Assembly: GCA_003507445.1 (NCBI GenBank) | Contig: DNVR01000019.1 | Location: 1,367-65,366 of the forward strand | Source of the DNA: Candidatus Moraniibacteriota bacterium | GTDB taxonomy: Bacteria > Patescibacteriota > Minisyncoccia > Moranbacterales > GWC2-37-73 | Direction: 5' to 3' | DNA: 64,000 nucleotides | Shown: one piece after another, positions 18,311-28,515 of the stretch | Numbering within the stretch: the first letter of the stretch is position 1 | Layout of the letters: every line of letters begins with the position of its first letter | The notes under the pieces: model-generated | What the model was told of the DNA's origin: nothing | What the model saw: only the letters and a program-made list of their open reading frames with translations | Database searches by the model: none | Translations under genes and position numbers: made by a program

Positions 18311-20059
18311 ATGCGAATTGAAAACAAACAGTTGAAGGATTTTCTTTTGGATTCCAGCTTGTTGGATGCTGGAATTATAGAAGAGAATTTTAAAATTTCT
18401 TCGGAGACCAATCAAAAATTGGGAGATTTGTTGGTGGAAAAAAAGTTAATGAATGAAATTGAACTTCAGAAACTGTATTCATATATTTTAGGCATTCCGT
18501 TTGTTAATTTGGAAAAAGAAACCATCACGACGGATATCCTGCAAATTATTCCAGAGCCTATTGCAAAAAAATATGGGATTATTGCTTTTGAAAAAAACGG
18601 TAATGATTTGAAAGTTGCAATGAAAAATCCTGAGGATTTGCAAACCATTGATTTTATTAGAAAAAAAACAGGATTGAAAATTATTCCTTGTCTTACAAAC
18701 GAGGAAAGTATTAAAGCAATTCTCAAGCAATACGAAAAAAGTTTGAAAGCTGAATTTGGTGATATTATCAATAAAAATGCTGATGATGTCACTGTTGGAA
18801 ATGACGCGGAAAGTTTGGAAAAAATTGCACAAGATTTGCCAATAATCAAAATCGTGGACACCTTGCTTAAGCACGCCATTTTGCAATCTGCTAGTGATAT
18901 TCACATTGAACCAGGGGAAAAAGAAGTTCGTGTGAGATATCGTATTGATGGTGTTCTTCATGATGCGATGACACTTCCAAGACAGGTTTTGGAGGGGCTT
19001 GTTGCTCGTATTAAGGTTTTGTCCAATCTTAAATTGGATGAACATCGGTTGCCACAAGATGGACGTTTTAAGATTGAAAAAGAAGGATATAAAATTTCTT
19101 TTCGTGTTAGTATGTTGCCAGTTTTTGAAGGAGAAAAAATCGTAATGCGTTTGTTGGACGAAACATCCAAGGGACTAACTCTTGAAAAAATGGGGCTTAG
19201 CGGTAATGCTTTGGAGGTCGTGCATAAACATATTAAGCGTCCTAATGGGATGGTGTTAGTAACAGGACCAACTGGATCTGGAAAAACGACAACATTGTAT
19301 ACGATTATGGACATTTTAAATACTACAGAAGTTAACATTAGTACGGTTGAGGATCCAGTTGAATATCGCATGACCAGAGTTAATCAAACTCAAACCAATG
19401 CTAAAATAGGAATGACATTTGCAGCAGCACTTCGCAGTCTTTTGCGTCAAGATCCGGACATCATAATGGTGGGAGAAATTCGCGATGGAGAAACAATGCA
19501 AATTGCAGTGGAAGCTGCGATGACAGGACATCTTGTGCTTTCAACTTTACATACTAACAGCGCAGCAGGAACACTCCCTCGTCTTTTAGATATGGGCGCG
19601 GAAGCTTTCTTGGTCGCTTCAACGGTAAATGTTGTTATTGGCCAAAGACTTGTGCGAAAATTATGCAATGAATGTAAGACCCCTTATACGCTCGACGAAA
19701 AGGAAGTGAAAACACTTGGTGCTAATTTTGATATGGCTGCTATTTTGGAAATGCTTAAAAAAACACCCGAATTGGGGGAAATTGTCAATGCAAAAAGCAC
19801 TTGGAAAAATTTGAATTTTTATCATGCTAAAGGTTGCGAGCAATGCAATAATGAAGGGTATCATGGACGTTTGGGAATTTATGAAGTATTGGAAATGGAT
19901 GAGACAATTGGAAAATTGATAACCTCTAATGCTTCATCTGATGATATAGAAAAAAAAGCCAGAGAAAATGGGATGCGTACGATGGGAGAGGATGGTTTTA
20001 TAAAAGCAATCCAAGGAATCACTTCAATTGAAGAAGTGATGAGAGTAACGAAGGAATAG
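18311..20059 (+). CDS. pilB: Type IV pilus assembly ATPase PilB/GspE
   Basis: ASDIHIEP, Walker A GPTGSGKTT, LRQDPD, TGHLVLSTLHTN, tetra-Cys motif. Confidence 0.93.
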   Translation: MRIENKQLKDFLLDSSLLDAGIIEENFKISSETNQKLGDLLVEKKLMNEIELQKLYSYILGIPFVNLEKETITTDILQIIPEPIAKKYGIIAFEKNGNDLKVAMKNPEDLQTIDFIRKKTGLKIIPCLTNEESIKAILKQYEKSLKAEFGDIINKNADDVTVGNDAESLEKIAQDLPIIKIVDTLLKHAILQSASDIHIEPGEKEVRVRYRIDGVLHDAMTLPRQVLEGLVARIKVLSNLKLDEHRLPQDGRFKIEKEGYKISFRVSMLPVFEGEKIVMRLLDETSKGLTLEKMGLSGNALEVVHKHIKRPNGMVLVTGPTGSGKTTTLYTIMDILNTTEVNISTVEDPVEYRMTRVNQTQTNAKIGMTFAAALRSLLRQDPDIIMVGEIRDGETMQIAVEAAMTGHLVLSTLHTNSAAGTLPRLLDMGAEAFLVASTVNVVIGQRLVRKLCNECKTPYTLDEKEVKTLGANFDMAAILEMLKKTPELGEIVNAKSTWKNLNFYHAKGCEQCNNEGYHGRLGIYEVLEMDETIGKLITSNASSDDIEKKARENGMRTMGEDGFIKAIQGITSIEEVMRVTKE

Positions 20060-20185
20060 TTTAAGGCAATGTCAAATTAAAAATTAAAAATATCAAATCC
20101 AGGACGATGCCCGTATGATTTCTTGATATTTAACATTTGACATTCATTTGAAATTTGGAATTTAAAATTTGAAATTTTTTAGATT

Positions 20186-21409
20186 ATGCCTAAATATATT
20201 TATACAGCTAAGAGTTATAGCGGCGAAACCAAAGGCGGGGAAGCTGTAGCTCAAGATGAAAAAAATCTCGCGCAACAATTGCGCAGCGAGGGCTTTTTGG
20301 TTACTTCAATATCTCTTGTGAAAGAAGTTGATGCCAACAGTGTTAGTGTGAAATTTTTAGACAGATTTCAAAGTGTGCCGCTTAAGGAAAAAATGGTTTT
20401 TGCTAGAAATTTAAGTATTATGGTTGCTTCGGGATTAACTGTTTCTCGCGCAGTGAACAATCTGGCTTTGCAAACTCAAAACAAAACATTTAGAAAAATT
20501 TTGTTGGAAATATATGAAGAAATTCAAAGCGGAAAAGCATTGAGTGAGGGATTGGCCAAGTTTCCTAATATTTTCGGCGAGTTGTTTGTTAATATGGTTA
20601 AGGTTGGAGAAACTGCTGGTAATTTGGATGAAGTTTTGAAAATAGTTGCTGTTCAGTTGGAAAAAGAACATGATTTGAAGAGCAAGGTTAAAGGTGCGAT
20701 GATTTATCCTGCTGTAATTTTGGCAGTGATGGTTATTATTGGAATAATAATGTTGACATTTGTTTTGCCAAAATTGTTGAGCGTGTTTAAGGATATGGAT
20801 GCTGAATTGCCTGTTATGACGCAAATGATTGTTAATCTTAGCAATTTGCTAAGAAATAATGGACTTTTGGTGGCTATTGTTTTTGTTGCGGTTACTCTTT
20901 TTCTACAATATTTCTTGAGACAACCCTTGGGCAAAAAAACCTTAAGCTGGGTTTCTATCAAATTTCCAATTTTTAGTCCGCTTGTTAAACAAGTAAACTG
21001 CGCACGTTTTGCTAGGATTTATAGTTCACTTTTGAAAAGTGGAGTTGGCAGCGTTGAAGCGCTTAAAATAATTTCACATACGCTTACCAATTATTATTAT
21101 CAAAATGCACTGCTGGGAAGTATTGAGGATATTCAAAAAGGTGTTGCGCTTAGTAAGGTGCTTTCCGATAATCAGGATATTTTTCCAATTTTGGTATCCC
21201 AAATTGTGCAGGTTGGAGAAGAAACCGGAAAAACAGAAACCGTGCTTTTGCAATTGGCAGAATTTTATGAAGACGAAGTTGATCAGATTACTAAAAATTT
21301 ATCAGCTGTTATCGAACCACTTTTGATGGTTGTTATTGGTAGCGCTGTTGGTTTTTTTGCAGTAGCAATGTTACAACCGATGTATAGTATGATGGACAGT
21401 GTTAAGTAA
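20186..21409 (+). CDS. pilC: Type IV pilus platform protein PilC/GspF
   Basis: Two GspF domains (GETAGNL, AMIYP, GEETG, IEP). Confidence 0.92.
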   Translation: MPKYIYTAKSYSGETKGGEAVAQDEKNLAQQLRSEGFLVTSISLVKEVDANSVSVKFLDRFQSVPLKEKMVFARNLSIMVASGLTVSRAVNNLALQTQNKTFRKILLEIYEEIQSGKALSEGLAKFPNIFGELFVNMVKVGETAGNLDEVLKIVAVQLEKEHDLKSKVKGAMIYPAVILAVMVIIGIIMLTFVLPKLLSVFKDMDAELPVMTQMIVNLSNLLRNNGLLVAIVFVAVTLFLQYFLRQPLGKKTLSWVSIKFPIFSPLVKQVNCARFARIYSSLLKSGVGSVEALKIISHTLTNYYYQNALLGSIEDIQKGVALSKVLSDNQDIFPILVSQIVQVGEETGKTETVLLQLAEFYEDEVDQITKNLSAVIEPLLMVVIGSAVGFFAVAMLQPMYSMMDSVK

Positions 21410-21421
21410 ATTTAAAATAAA

Positions 21422-22777
21422 GTGAAAATTTTTAGAAAAATAAAAAAAGTAAAAGAAGGCTTCTCATTGATAGAGGTTTTAATCGTGATGTTTATTGCTG
21501 CGGTTGCTTTTACGTCTTTTTATACTGTAGCTACATTTGGTACAAAATATATTATTGAATCAAAAAACAGATTAGCTGCTGTCGCATTTTTAAATGAAAG
21601 AATGGAGATCGTTAGAAATCTAGAATATAGTGATGTTGGGATGGAGGGAAGTATTGATGTTGATGGTATTCTTCCACAGGAAACTGATGCGATTGCAAAT
21701 GGACGCTCATATCATATTTCTAATTCAGTTGCATATATTGATGATCCCTTGGATGGTGTATGGCCAGCAGATACAATTCAGAATGATTACAAAATTGTCA
21801 GAGTAGTCGTTTCCTGGAATGATAGTAATGGGCAACTGCAAAGCGTGTCTTCATCGTCACGTTTTGTGCCACCTGGACTTGAAACTAGTGTGGGCGGTTC
21901 TCCTCTTTCAATTAATGTTATTGATGGCACAACGCTACTTCCTATCTCGCAAGCAACTGTTCATATAACAAATAATACGATGTCTCCTCCAATTGATGAT
22001 ACGATACAAACTGATACTAATGGGCACATTATGCTACCCGTCGCTAAAATATCCAATGATACCCATCTGTCAATCACAAAAACTGGTTATGAAACAATTG
22101 AGACTATGGATTCTTCGCCAACGTTCGTTCCTATCTATGGGCACGTTAATGTTATTGAGGGTTTTCTTAATACCTATAATTATTTGCAAAACAAATTGGG
22201 AGATCTTATTGTAAAAACTGCTGATTATCAAGGTAATCCAGTGGGCGATCTCGGGTTTACTATAGGTGGAGGAAAGGTTATCGGGCACGATGAAGTTGAA
22301 GTTGAAATTTTTAGTATGGCAAACGAAACAGGCACAACAAATGCGACTACTGGAGAAAAAGAATATTCCGATATAAGTTCGGGAAATTATTCCATTTTGA
22401 TGAGCCCTGATGATCAGTATGAGTTTATAGATTATGACCCATCTGTTTCTCTTGCTTTTCTTGTTCCTGACAGTATTACAACACATACGCTTCGCGTGGC
22501 TGATAAAAATATTAGCGCATTATTTTTGACAATTGTCGATATAGAAGATATGGCACCAATTGCAAATGCTAAAGTGACATTAACTGACGGAGGAACCGAT
22601 ATTTTTACTGAAAAATTAAGCTCATTAAGAGGTGTTGTTTTTTATCCTGATGATGCGGCAACTTTGGAAAATAAAGAATATACATTAAAAGTTGAAGCTG
22701 ATGGATACAATCAAGACACTAAAACAATAAATATTTCCAACCTGACTCACATTGGAGTGAGTTTAACAAAATTATAG
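21422..22777 (+). CDS. Prepilin-type (PilV-like) protein with extended beta-sandwich region
   Basis: Class III signal G/FSLIEVL; GTG start. Confidence 0.8.
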   Translation: MKIFRKIKKVKEGFSLIEVLIVMFIAAVAFTSFYTVATFGTKYIIESKNRLAAVAFLNERMEIVRNLEYSDVGMEGSIDVDGILPQETDAIANGRSYHISNSVAYIDDPLDGVWPADTIQNDYKIVRVVVSWNDSNGQLQSVSSSSRFVPPGLETSVGGSPLSINVIDGTTLLPISQATVHITNNTMSPPIDDTIQTDTNGHIMLPVAKISNDTHLSITKTGYETIETMDSSPTFVPIYGHVNVIEGFLNTYNYLQNKLGDLIVKTADYQGNPVGDLGFTIGGGKVIGHDEVEVEIFSMANETGTTNATTGEKEYSDISSGNYSILMSPDDQYEFIDYDPSVSLAFLVPDSITTHTLRVADKNISALFLTIVDIEDMAPIANAKVTLTDGGTDIFTEKLSSLRGVVFYPDDAATLENKEYTLKVEADGYNQDTKTINISNLTHIGVSLTKL

Positions 22778-22778
22778 G

Positions 22779-23417
22779 ATGCAAAAAAGAAAAAAAAATT
22801 TGAAAAGCGGGTTTACTTTGGTAGAAACACTTATTGCAATCGCTCTTTTTTTGTTGGGTACGCAAGCGACAGTGCTTGTTTTCGCCAAAACAATGAAGAG
22901 TAAGGCGTACACCTTGGAAATGGGCAGGTCATCTTTCGTTGTTTCGCGTTCTATGGGAGATCTGACTCAATATCTCAGGCGAGCCAGACAATCAGACGCG
23001 GGATCGTATCCTATTATTTCAGCTGATGATAATGATTTGGTGGTGTATTCTGATTATGATAAGGATGGTGATACTGAAAGATTGCATATTTATTTGACGG
23101 ATAATAAAGTTTATATGGGAGTTAGAAATCCATCTGATAGTTTTCCTGTAACCTATGCATCAGGTGACGCAGAAACTTTTCAATTGGCTGACCATATTAT
23201 TAACTCAACTGATGATGCAATGTTTTCATATTATGACAGTGCATATACTGGCGAATCTGATGATCCGCCGGTTGACACTCCAGCAGATGTTTCAGAAATT
23301 CGTTTGGTAAAAATATTTTTAAAAATTAATATCGATCCAAACAGAGCGCCAGACAATATTCAACAGGAAACTTTTGTAGAACTTAGAAATTTAAATGATT
23401 ATGATAGAATTCATTAA
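22779..23417 (+). CDS. Prepilin-type minor pilin (PilW-like)
   Basis: G/FTLVETLIA N-methylation motif. Confidence 0.8.
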   Translation: MQKRKKNLKSGFTLVETLIAIALFLLGTQATVLVFAKTMKSKAYTLEMGRSSFVVSRSMGDLTQYLRRARQSDAGSYPIISADDNDLVVYSDYDKDGDTERLHIYLTDNKVYMGVRNPSDSFPVTYASGDAETFQLADHIINSTDDAMFSYYDSAYTGESDDPPVDTPADVSEIRLVKIFLKINIDPNRAPDNIQQETFVELRNLNDYDRIH

Positions 23418-23423
23418 TTTTTT

Positions 23424-24953
23424 ATGATTAATTTTAGATTTAAAAAAAACCAATTAAATAATTTGCCTACGGCAGAATTTAACGGGGTAAATACAAAAAG
23501 GGGAAGTGCTTTGGCTATGGCCTTGGTAATGATTGTTATTGTTGCAATCACTTTAACTTCACTTCTTGGATATATTTCATCTCAAATAAGATATAGCAAG
23601 GACAGGGTTGAGCGCGAGCGAGCCTTTCAGGTCGCTGAAGCTGGAGCTTATTATTATAGGTGGTATTTGGCGCATCAAGTTTCAGGAAAAACTGCGGCTC
23701 AAATTGAGGATTTTTGGCAAAATGGAAATCCTATTGGAGTTACTGATCCATATTCTGGAACATTTAATGATTCAGAAAATATGCCTGTTGGAGAATATGA
23801 ATTAAATGTTGATCCTCCAGAAGATGGTTCAACAATTGTGACTGTCACATCAACAGGTTGGACAAATAATAAGCCAAATATTAAACGCACTGTGCAGGTG
23901 AGATTTCGCAGACCTTCTTGGAGTGAGTATACTTTCTTATCTAACAGTTTTTTAAATTTCGGAAATCAATCGACGGTGTATGGAAAAATTCATTCTAACG
24001 ACGGAATTCGTTTTGATGGACTAGCTTATAACGTTGTTAGTTCTGCCAAAGCAAGATTTAACGACCCATCTATTGGTGGGAGTTCTCTGGATTTCGGAGT
24101 TCATACAACAGTAACTCCTGCAGATGATCTTGCTCCCGCATATCCTTGGCCGTCAGGAACCGTTCCTGTTCGAAGTGACATTTTTATGGGAGGTAGGGAG
24201 TTTCCTGTTCCCGAAGTTAGTTTTTCTGGTGTTGCTACTGATCTTGATAATATGAAAGCTCAAGCGCAGGCAGGCAGCGGTCAGTATTTTTCTGCTATAG
24301 CAACAAGTAATGGTAAGGCAGGGGGGAGAAGAGTTATTTTAAAAGTTGACGGGACTTATGATATTTGCGCAATAAGCAAAGCCAATGAAACAAATCATAG
24401 TATTTCAAAATATTGGAAAAATGATATGAGTGGAACTTGCGACACTTGCAGTGGAGCTTGCGCAACAAATTACCCAATCGTTAATAATGGGTTAATTTTT
24501 GTGGAAGATAATATTTGGGTTGAGGGTTCCATAAACAATAAAAGATTAACAATTGCTGCCGCTAATTTGTCTGGAGGATCAAATCAAGCAGATATTTATA
24601 TTGGAATAGGCAATGATAATTTGCGACTTGCTGCTTATGATTGCGCTAATATGCTCGGGCTGGTGGCACAAAGGGATATACGAGTTCTTAGTTATTGCCC
24701 AGAGGATTTCATTGTGGATGCTGCTTTGCTTGCTCAAACAGGTCTTGTGGGTATTGTTAATGGCACATCGGGAGTAAAAAACTCACTGACGTTTAATGGT
24801 GCGATATCATCATATTTGCAAACATTCTTTTTTAATGGAGTTAGCGGCTTTGATGACAGAACTTATAACTTCAACAATAAACTTTTAGATTGTCCACCGC
24901 CGTATTTTCCAACTGGCACGGAATACGCAATAGATCTTTGGGATGAGTTATAA
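23424..24953 (+). CDS. PilX-like minor pilin
   Basis: RG/SALAMALV signal lacking Glu5; AFQVAEAG motif. Confidence 0.8.
   Translation: MINFRFKKNQLNNLPTAEFNGVNTKRGSALAMALVMIVIVAITLTSLLGYISSQIRYSKDRVERERAFQVAEAGAYYYRWYLAHQVSGKTAAQIEDFWQNGNPIGVTDPYSGTFNDSENMPVGEYELNVDPPEDGSTIVTVTSTGWTNNKPNIKRTVQVRFRRPSWSEYTFLSNSFLNFGNQSTVYGKIHSNDGIRFDGLAYNVVSSAKARFNDPSIGGSSLDFGVHTTVTPADDLAPAYPWPSGTVPVRSDIFMGGREFPVPEVSFSGVATDLDNMKAQAQAGSGQYFSAIATSNGKAGGRRVILKVDGTYDICAISKANETNHSISKYWKNDMSGTCDTCSGACATNYPIVNNGLIFVEDNIWVEGSINNKRLTIAAANLSGGSNQADIYIGIGNDNLRLAAYDCANMLGLVAQRDIRVLSYCPEDFIVDAALLAQTGLVGIVNGTSGVKNSLTFNGAISSYLQTFFFNGVSGFDDRTYNFNNKLLDCPPPYFPTGTEYAIDLWDEL
23448..23491. repeat. Palindromic hairpin element (copy C), inside the pilX-like CDS
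   Basis: aaCCAATTAAAT...ATTTAACGGGG-TAAA with inner TGCC-tac-GGCA hairpin; left arm degenerate. Confidence 0.75.
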
Positions 24954-25133
24954 AAACACAAAATAATTGTAGAAGAAAACAGAAAAACGCAGAACTAAAA
25001 TTATGAATTATTGATAAAATAGTGTAGAATTAAAAAATACAAAATAAATAAACAAATATAAAAATAGTAATAAGAATTTTGTAGCGGGCGTATTTTATGT
25101 TGTATGCTACATGATTCATGCTATATGAATTAA

Positions 25134-26225
25134 ATGTCTTTTCTTAATAAAAAAATATTTAATGACAGTCTTGATGTTTTTGGATTGGATTTGAGTGATT
25201 TGTCTGTCAAAATTGTTAATCTTGAAAGTGATGGCACATCTGAATATGTGGCAAGTTATGCTACAGTAATGCTTGCCAATGGCGCTATCGTTGATGGGGA
25301 GATTCAACAAAAAGATCAAGTTGTGGCTGCAATAAAAAAGGCAGTTGAAATTGCTGGACCTGAAAAAATAAAAACCAAAAAGGTAATCTGTTCTTTGCCT
25401 GAAACGAAAGCATTCTTACGCATCGTTTCAATTCCTCAAATGAGTGACGATGAGCTTAATGAGGCGGTAAAATGGGAAATGGAAGCTAATATCCCGCTTA
25501 CGCTTGATCAAGTTTATTATGATTGGCAGGTAATTCCAGCGGAACTTCTTTTTGAGAAAAATAAGGTAAATTTATTAGTAGTGGCAATTGCTAAAGCTGC
25601 TGTTGATCAAACGATAGAAGTTTTGGAATTGGCAGGTCTTGAACCCGTTGGTTTGGAAATAGAATCAATAGCTCAAGCAAGAAGTTTGCTTTTGGAAAAA
25701 AATGAAAAGGAAACAATATTAATTGTGGATATTGGAGATAGGCGAACGAGCTTTTCTGTTACTAAGGGCGGTGTGCCGTGTTTTACTTCGAGTATTCCTC
25801 TTTGTGGACAATCATTGACCGATGTTATTTCAAAAGGGATGAATATTGGCTTTGAGGAAGCAGAAAAAATTAAACTTTCCTATGGTATTGGGGATGATTT
25901 TAAAAATGATACTCTTTTCAAATCAGTAAAGCCAGTTTTGGAAAATTTTTCTCAAGAGATAGAACGCTCCATTGATTTTTTTGTAACAGGACTTAAATAT
26001 TCCGACAGCATTGATAAAATAATAATCTGTGGTGGTGGAGCAAACACAAAGGGCATCGTGCCGTATTTATCGAAAAAATTAGGCAGAGAAATTCAACTTG
26101 GAAATCCATGGATAAATATGAATCTTGGTAAAAATTTGCCAATAATTGAAAAAGGGCACTCGTTGCAGTTTTCAACAGCGGTAGGACTCGCTCTTAAAGG
26201 ATTACATTATGAAGATATATCTTGA
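25134..26225 (+). CDS. pilM: Type IV pilus assembly protein PilM
   Basis: Actin-like motifs GLDLSDLSVK, VDIG, GGGA, AVGLAL. Confidence 0.92.
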   Translation: MSFLNKKIFNDSLDVFGLDLSDLSVKIVNLESDGTSEYVASYATVMLANGAIVDGEIQQKDQVVAAIKKAVEIAGPEKIKTKKVICSLPETKAFLRIVSIPQMSDDELNEAVKWEMEANIPLTLDQVYYDWQVIPAELLFEKNKVNLLVVAIAKAAVDQTIEVLELAGLEPVGLEIESIAQARSLLLEKNEKETILIVDIGDRRTSFSVTKGGVPCFTSSIPLCGQSLTDVISKGMNIGFEEAEKIKLSYGIGDDFKNDTLFKSVKPVLENFSQEIERSIDFFVTGLKYSDSIDKIIICGGGANTKGIVPYLSKKLGREIQLGNPWINMNLGKNLPIIEKGHSLQFSTAVGLALKGLHYEDIS

Positions 26226-26772
26226 TTTATTGCCAAAACAAAGAAAAACAGAATTAAAACGAAAAAAACTATTTCGTAGAATTTTGCGTGAGGAATTTTT
26301 GTTTTTGCTCCCGATAATTTTGTTTATTATAATTTTGTTTAATATTTTTTATTTGCTTTCTATTGAGCGCAATGCTTCTTTGGCTGCAAAATCAGCAGCT
26401 GAGTCGCAAGATAAATATCAAGAACTTAGCTTGTATGAAGAAAAATTTAAACAAGTTAATGAGAATGCTTCAAAATTAGTGAAAATTCAAGAAGGTCATT
26501 TTTATTGGGCGGAAATTTTTAACAAACTGAGTGCTGCCACGCCAGAAGAAATTGCAGTTACAGATTTTTCAACAAAAGATCGCAATGTATATCTTGTTGG
26601 AAAAGCCAAAAGCCGCGATGTGCTTTTGGAATTTAAGGATGAACTCGAAAAGAACGAATGCTACGAAAATATAAATGTTCCACTATCTAATCTTGTTGTG
26701 AAGAATGATATTGTTTTTCAAATGGATTTCTTAATAAAAATGGATTGTCTAAAGAAAACCCTAGTTAAATAG
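26209..26772 (+). CDS. pilN: PilN-like protein
   Basis: N-terminal LDLLP, single TM, position after pilM. Confidence 0.75.
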   Translation: MKIYLDLLPKQRKTELKRKKLFRRILREEFLFLLPIILFIIILFNIFYLLSIERNASLAAKSAAESQDKYQELSLYEEKFKQVNENASKLVKIQEGHFYWAEIFNKLSAATPEEIAVTDFSTKDRNVYLVGKAKSRDVLLEFKDELEKNECYENINVPLSNLVVKNDIVFQMDFLIKMDCLKKTLVK

Positions 26773-26833
26773 TGCGGGGTACCGCCCTATTGAATAAAAA
26801 AGTTCAACAGGGTAAACAATTTAACGGGGCGAG
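26759..26833. repeat. Nested palindromic hairpin elements (copy D containing D')
   Basis: Outer arms match copy B; inner 26785-26816 is CCCTATTGAA...TTCAACAGGG-TAAA. Confidence 0.8.
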
Positions 26834-26838
26834 AAATA

Positions 26839-27516
26839 ATGAAGAATTTTTTACACAAACAACGTGAAATTATCGCAATACTGGCTTATGTGGCAGTTGT
26901 TGTTGGTATTGTTTACTTTGCCATTTTTCCCTTACTTGGTCGTATAAATAGTATTAATGATGAGATTCAGCAAGAAACAATGAAACAAGAAAGTGTGAAG
27001 CTGCATATTGAACAACTTCCAAAAATACAAAAACAATATGAAGCATTGCAAGCAAGCGGAGATTTGATGGATGTGCTTTTGAATAAAGACAAAGCGGTTG
27101 TTTTGATAGAGAGACTTGAAAAGTTAGCTGATAGTACCGGCAATGAAATAACAATTGCGGTGCAACAGGAAACTGCGCCTGTTAAAAAAACTCAAACAAA
27201 AACAGCAACAGCTGCCGCTGTCGAGGATACCCTTGTTGCGAATCTGCCAAGCGCTGATTATCTTGAAATGAAAATAAGTCTAAATGGAAGTTATAACTCA
27301 ATCATTGAATTTATTGATTTGCTCGAAAAATTTGAATACTACGCTGATATTATTGAAATTAAAATCAATAAAGAAGAAGCGAATGTTTCAACTGTGAATA
27401 GCGCAACTGTTGGAATGTTTTCACGATCGTCATCTGTCACAAGCAAACAACCTGAAAAATCCTTAAAAAGGGGAGAGCTAGCAGCTTCTTTGGGGGTGGT
27501 ATTTTATACGAATTAA
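26839..27516 (+). CDS. pilO: PilO-like protein
   Basis: TM plus coiled coil, GSYNSIIEFIDLLE motif, position after pilN. Confidence 0.7.
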   Translation: MKNFLHKQREIIAILAYVAVVVGIVYFAIFPLLGRINSINDEIQQETMKQESVKLHIEQLPKIQKQYEALQASGDLMDVLLNKDKAVVLIERLEKLADSTGNEITIAVQQETAPVKKTQTKTATAAAVEDTLVANLPSADYLEMKISLNGSYNSIIEFIDLLEKFEYYADIIEIKINKEEANVSTVNSATVGMFSRSSSVTSKQPEKSLKRGELAASLGVVFYTN

Positions 27517-27527
27517 TAATAAGAGAA

Positions 27528-27665
27528 TTCACCCTGTTAAATAATTTTAAAAAATAGTAATTTTTTAAAATTAAGATTTGGAATAATAAGGTGAAAAAAT
27601 AAGAATTAATTTAAATAAGCTGGTGCTCTTTATTGAAGAGTCCAAATCTTATTTAACAGGGTAAA
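27528..27665. repeat. Palindromic hairpin element, long variant (copy E)
   Basis: TTCA-CCCTGTTAAAT...ATTTAACAGGG-TAAA running into the ATG at 27665; homologous to copy A. Confidence 0.85.
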
Positions 27666-27985
27666 TGCAATTTGATTTTAAAAAATTAACAACGAACAAT
27701 GGGCAGCTTTTTTCTACGGTTGTAATTTTTTGGCAAAAAATTTATAAAACGGTATTCTTTGTTTTTTTGACAATAGTGATTTTATTGAGTGTTTATGTAT
27801 GGCAAAGGAGCTTATCAGGAGGACAATGGAGCGCGGAAAAAAAACAGGAATTTTTGGATGCACAAAATAAAGGTGTGGTTTTCAAGGAGAGCGTTTTTAA
27901 CAAGGCACTTTCAGACGTCGAGATGCGAAAACAAGAAAACGTTAGCGAAAGTAAAGGGATAAAGGATATTTTTAAAGATTACTAG
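27665..27985 (+). CDS. Small membrane protein at the end of the pil cluster
   Basis: One TM; last gene before the convergent tRNAs. Confidence 0.65.
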   Translation: MQFDFKKLTTNNGQLFSTVVIFWQKIYKTVFFVFLTIVILLSVYVWQRSLSGGQWSAEKKQEFLDAQNKGVVFKESVFNKALSDVEMRKQENVSESKGIKDIFKDY

Positions 27986-28053
27986 GACTTTATTATTGGA
28001 AAAACTCTCAGCAAAAATTAAAAACCATCTAACGATGGTTTTTAAAATATTTG

Positions 28054-28127
28054 TGCGCCTTGAGAGATTCGAACTCCCGACCTATTGTTCCGAAGACAAT
28101 CGCTCTATCCAGCTGAGCTAAAGGCGC
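28054..28127 (-). tRNA. tRNA-Arg(TCG)
   Basis: Cloverleaf; anticodon arm ATTGT-CTTCGGA-ACAAT; GTTCGAATC T-arm. Confidence 0.93.
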
Positions 28128-28161
28128 AAAATGTCTCGAATTTTTTGTGAAATATGTGCTG

Positions 28162-28234
28162 GGCGAGTACTGGGAATCGAACCCAGATTCTCGGTACCAC
28201 AAACCGATGTCTTAGCCGCTAGACGATACCCGCC
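28162..28234 (-). tRNA. tRNA-His(GTG)
   Basis: Anticodon arm TCGGT-TTGTGGT-ACCGA; G-1:C73 pair. Confidence 0.93.
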
Positions 28235-28302
28235 ATATTTAAATAAAAAAACTTCTTTTTGTTTAGAAATTAGAAATTAAAAATTAAAAATTTCTCAACA
28301 TG

Positions 28303-28374
28303 TACCCTCAGCAGGAATCGAACCTACATAACAAGCTTAGAAGGCTTGTGTTCTATCCATTGAACTATGAGGGC
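28303..28374 (-). tRNA. tRNA-Arg(TCT)
   Basis: Anticodon arm CAAGC-CTTCTAA-GCTTG. Confidence 0.93.
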
Positions 28375-28438
28375 ATATTAATTCCCTGCAAGGGAACTGG
28401 TGGGTTATGCAGGATTTTCACCCCGTCACTAACCTTTG

Positions 28439-28511
28439 TGCGTCCAGTAGGATTCGAACCTACGACCGTCGGCTTAAGAGGCCGCTGCTCTACCAACTGA
28501 GCTATAGACGC
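28439..28511 (-). tRNA. tRNA-Lys(CTT)
   Basis: TAGCTCAGTTGGTAGAGC D-arm, CTCTTAA loop, GTTCGAATC T-arm. Confidence 0.92.
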
Positions 28512-28515
28512 ATAT

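Noticed and set aside
28300-28500. 66-aa plus-strand ORF
   Set aside because: Antisense to two tRNA genes.
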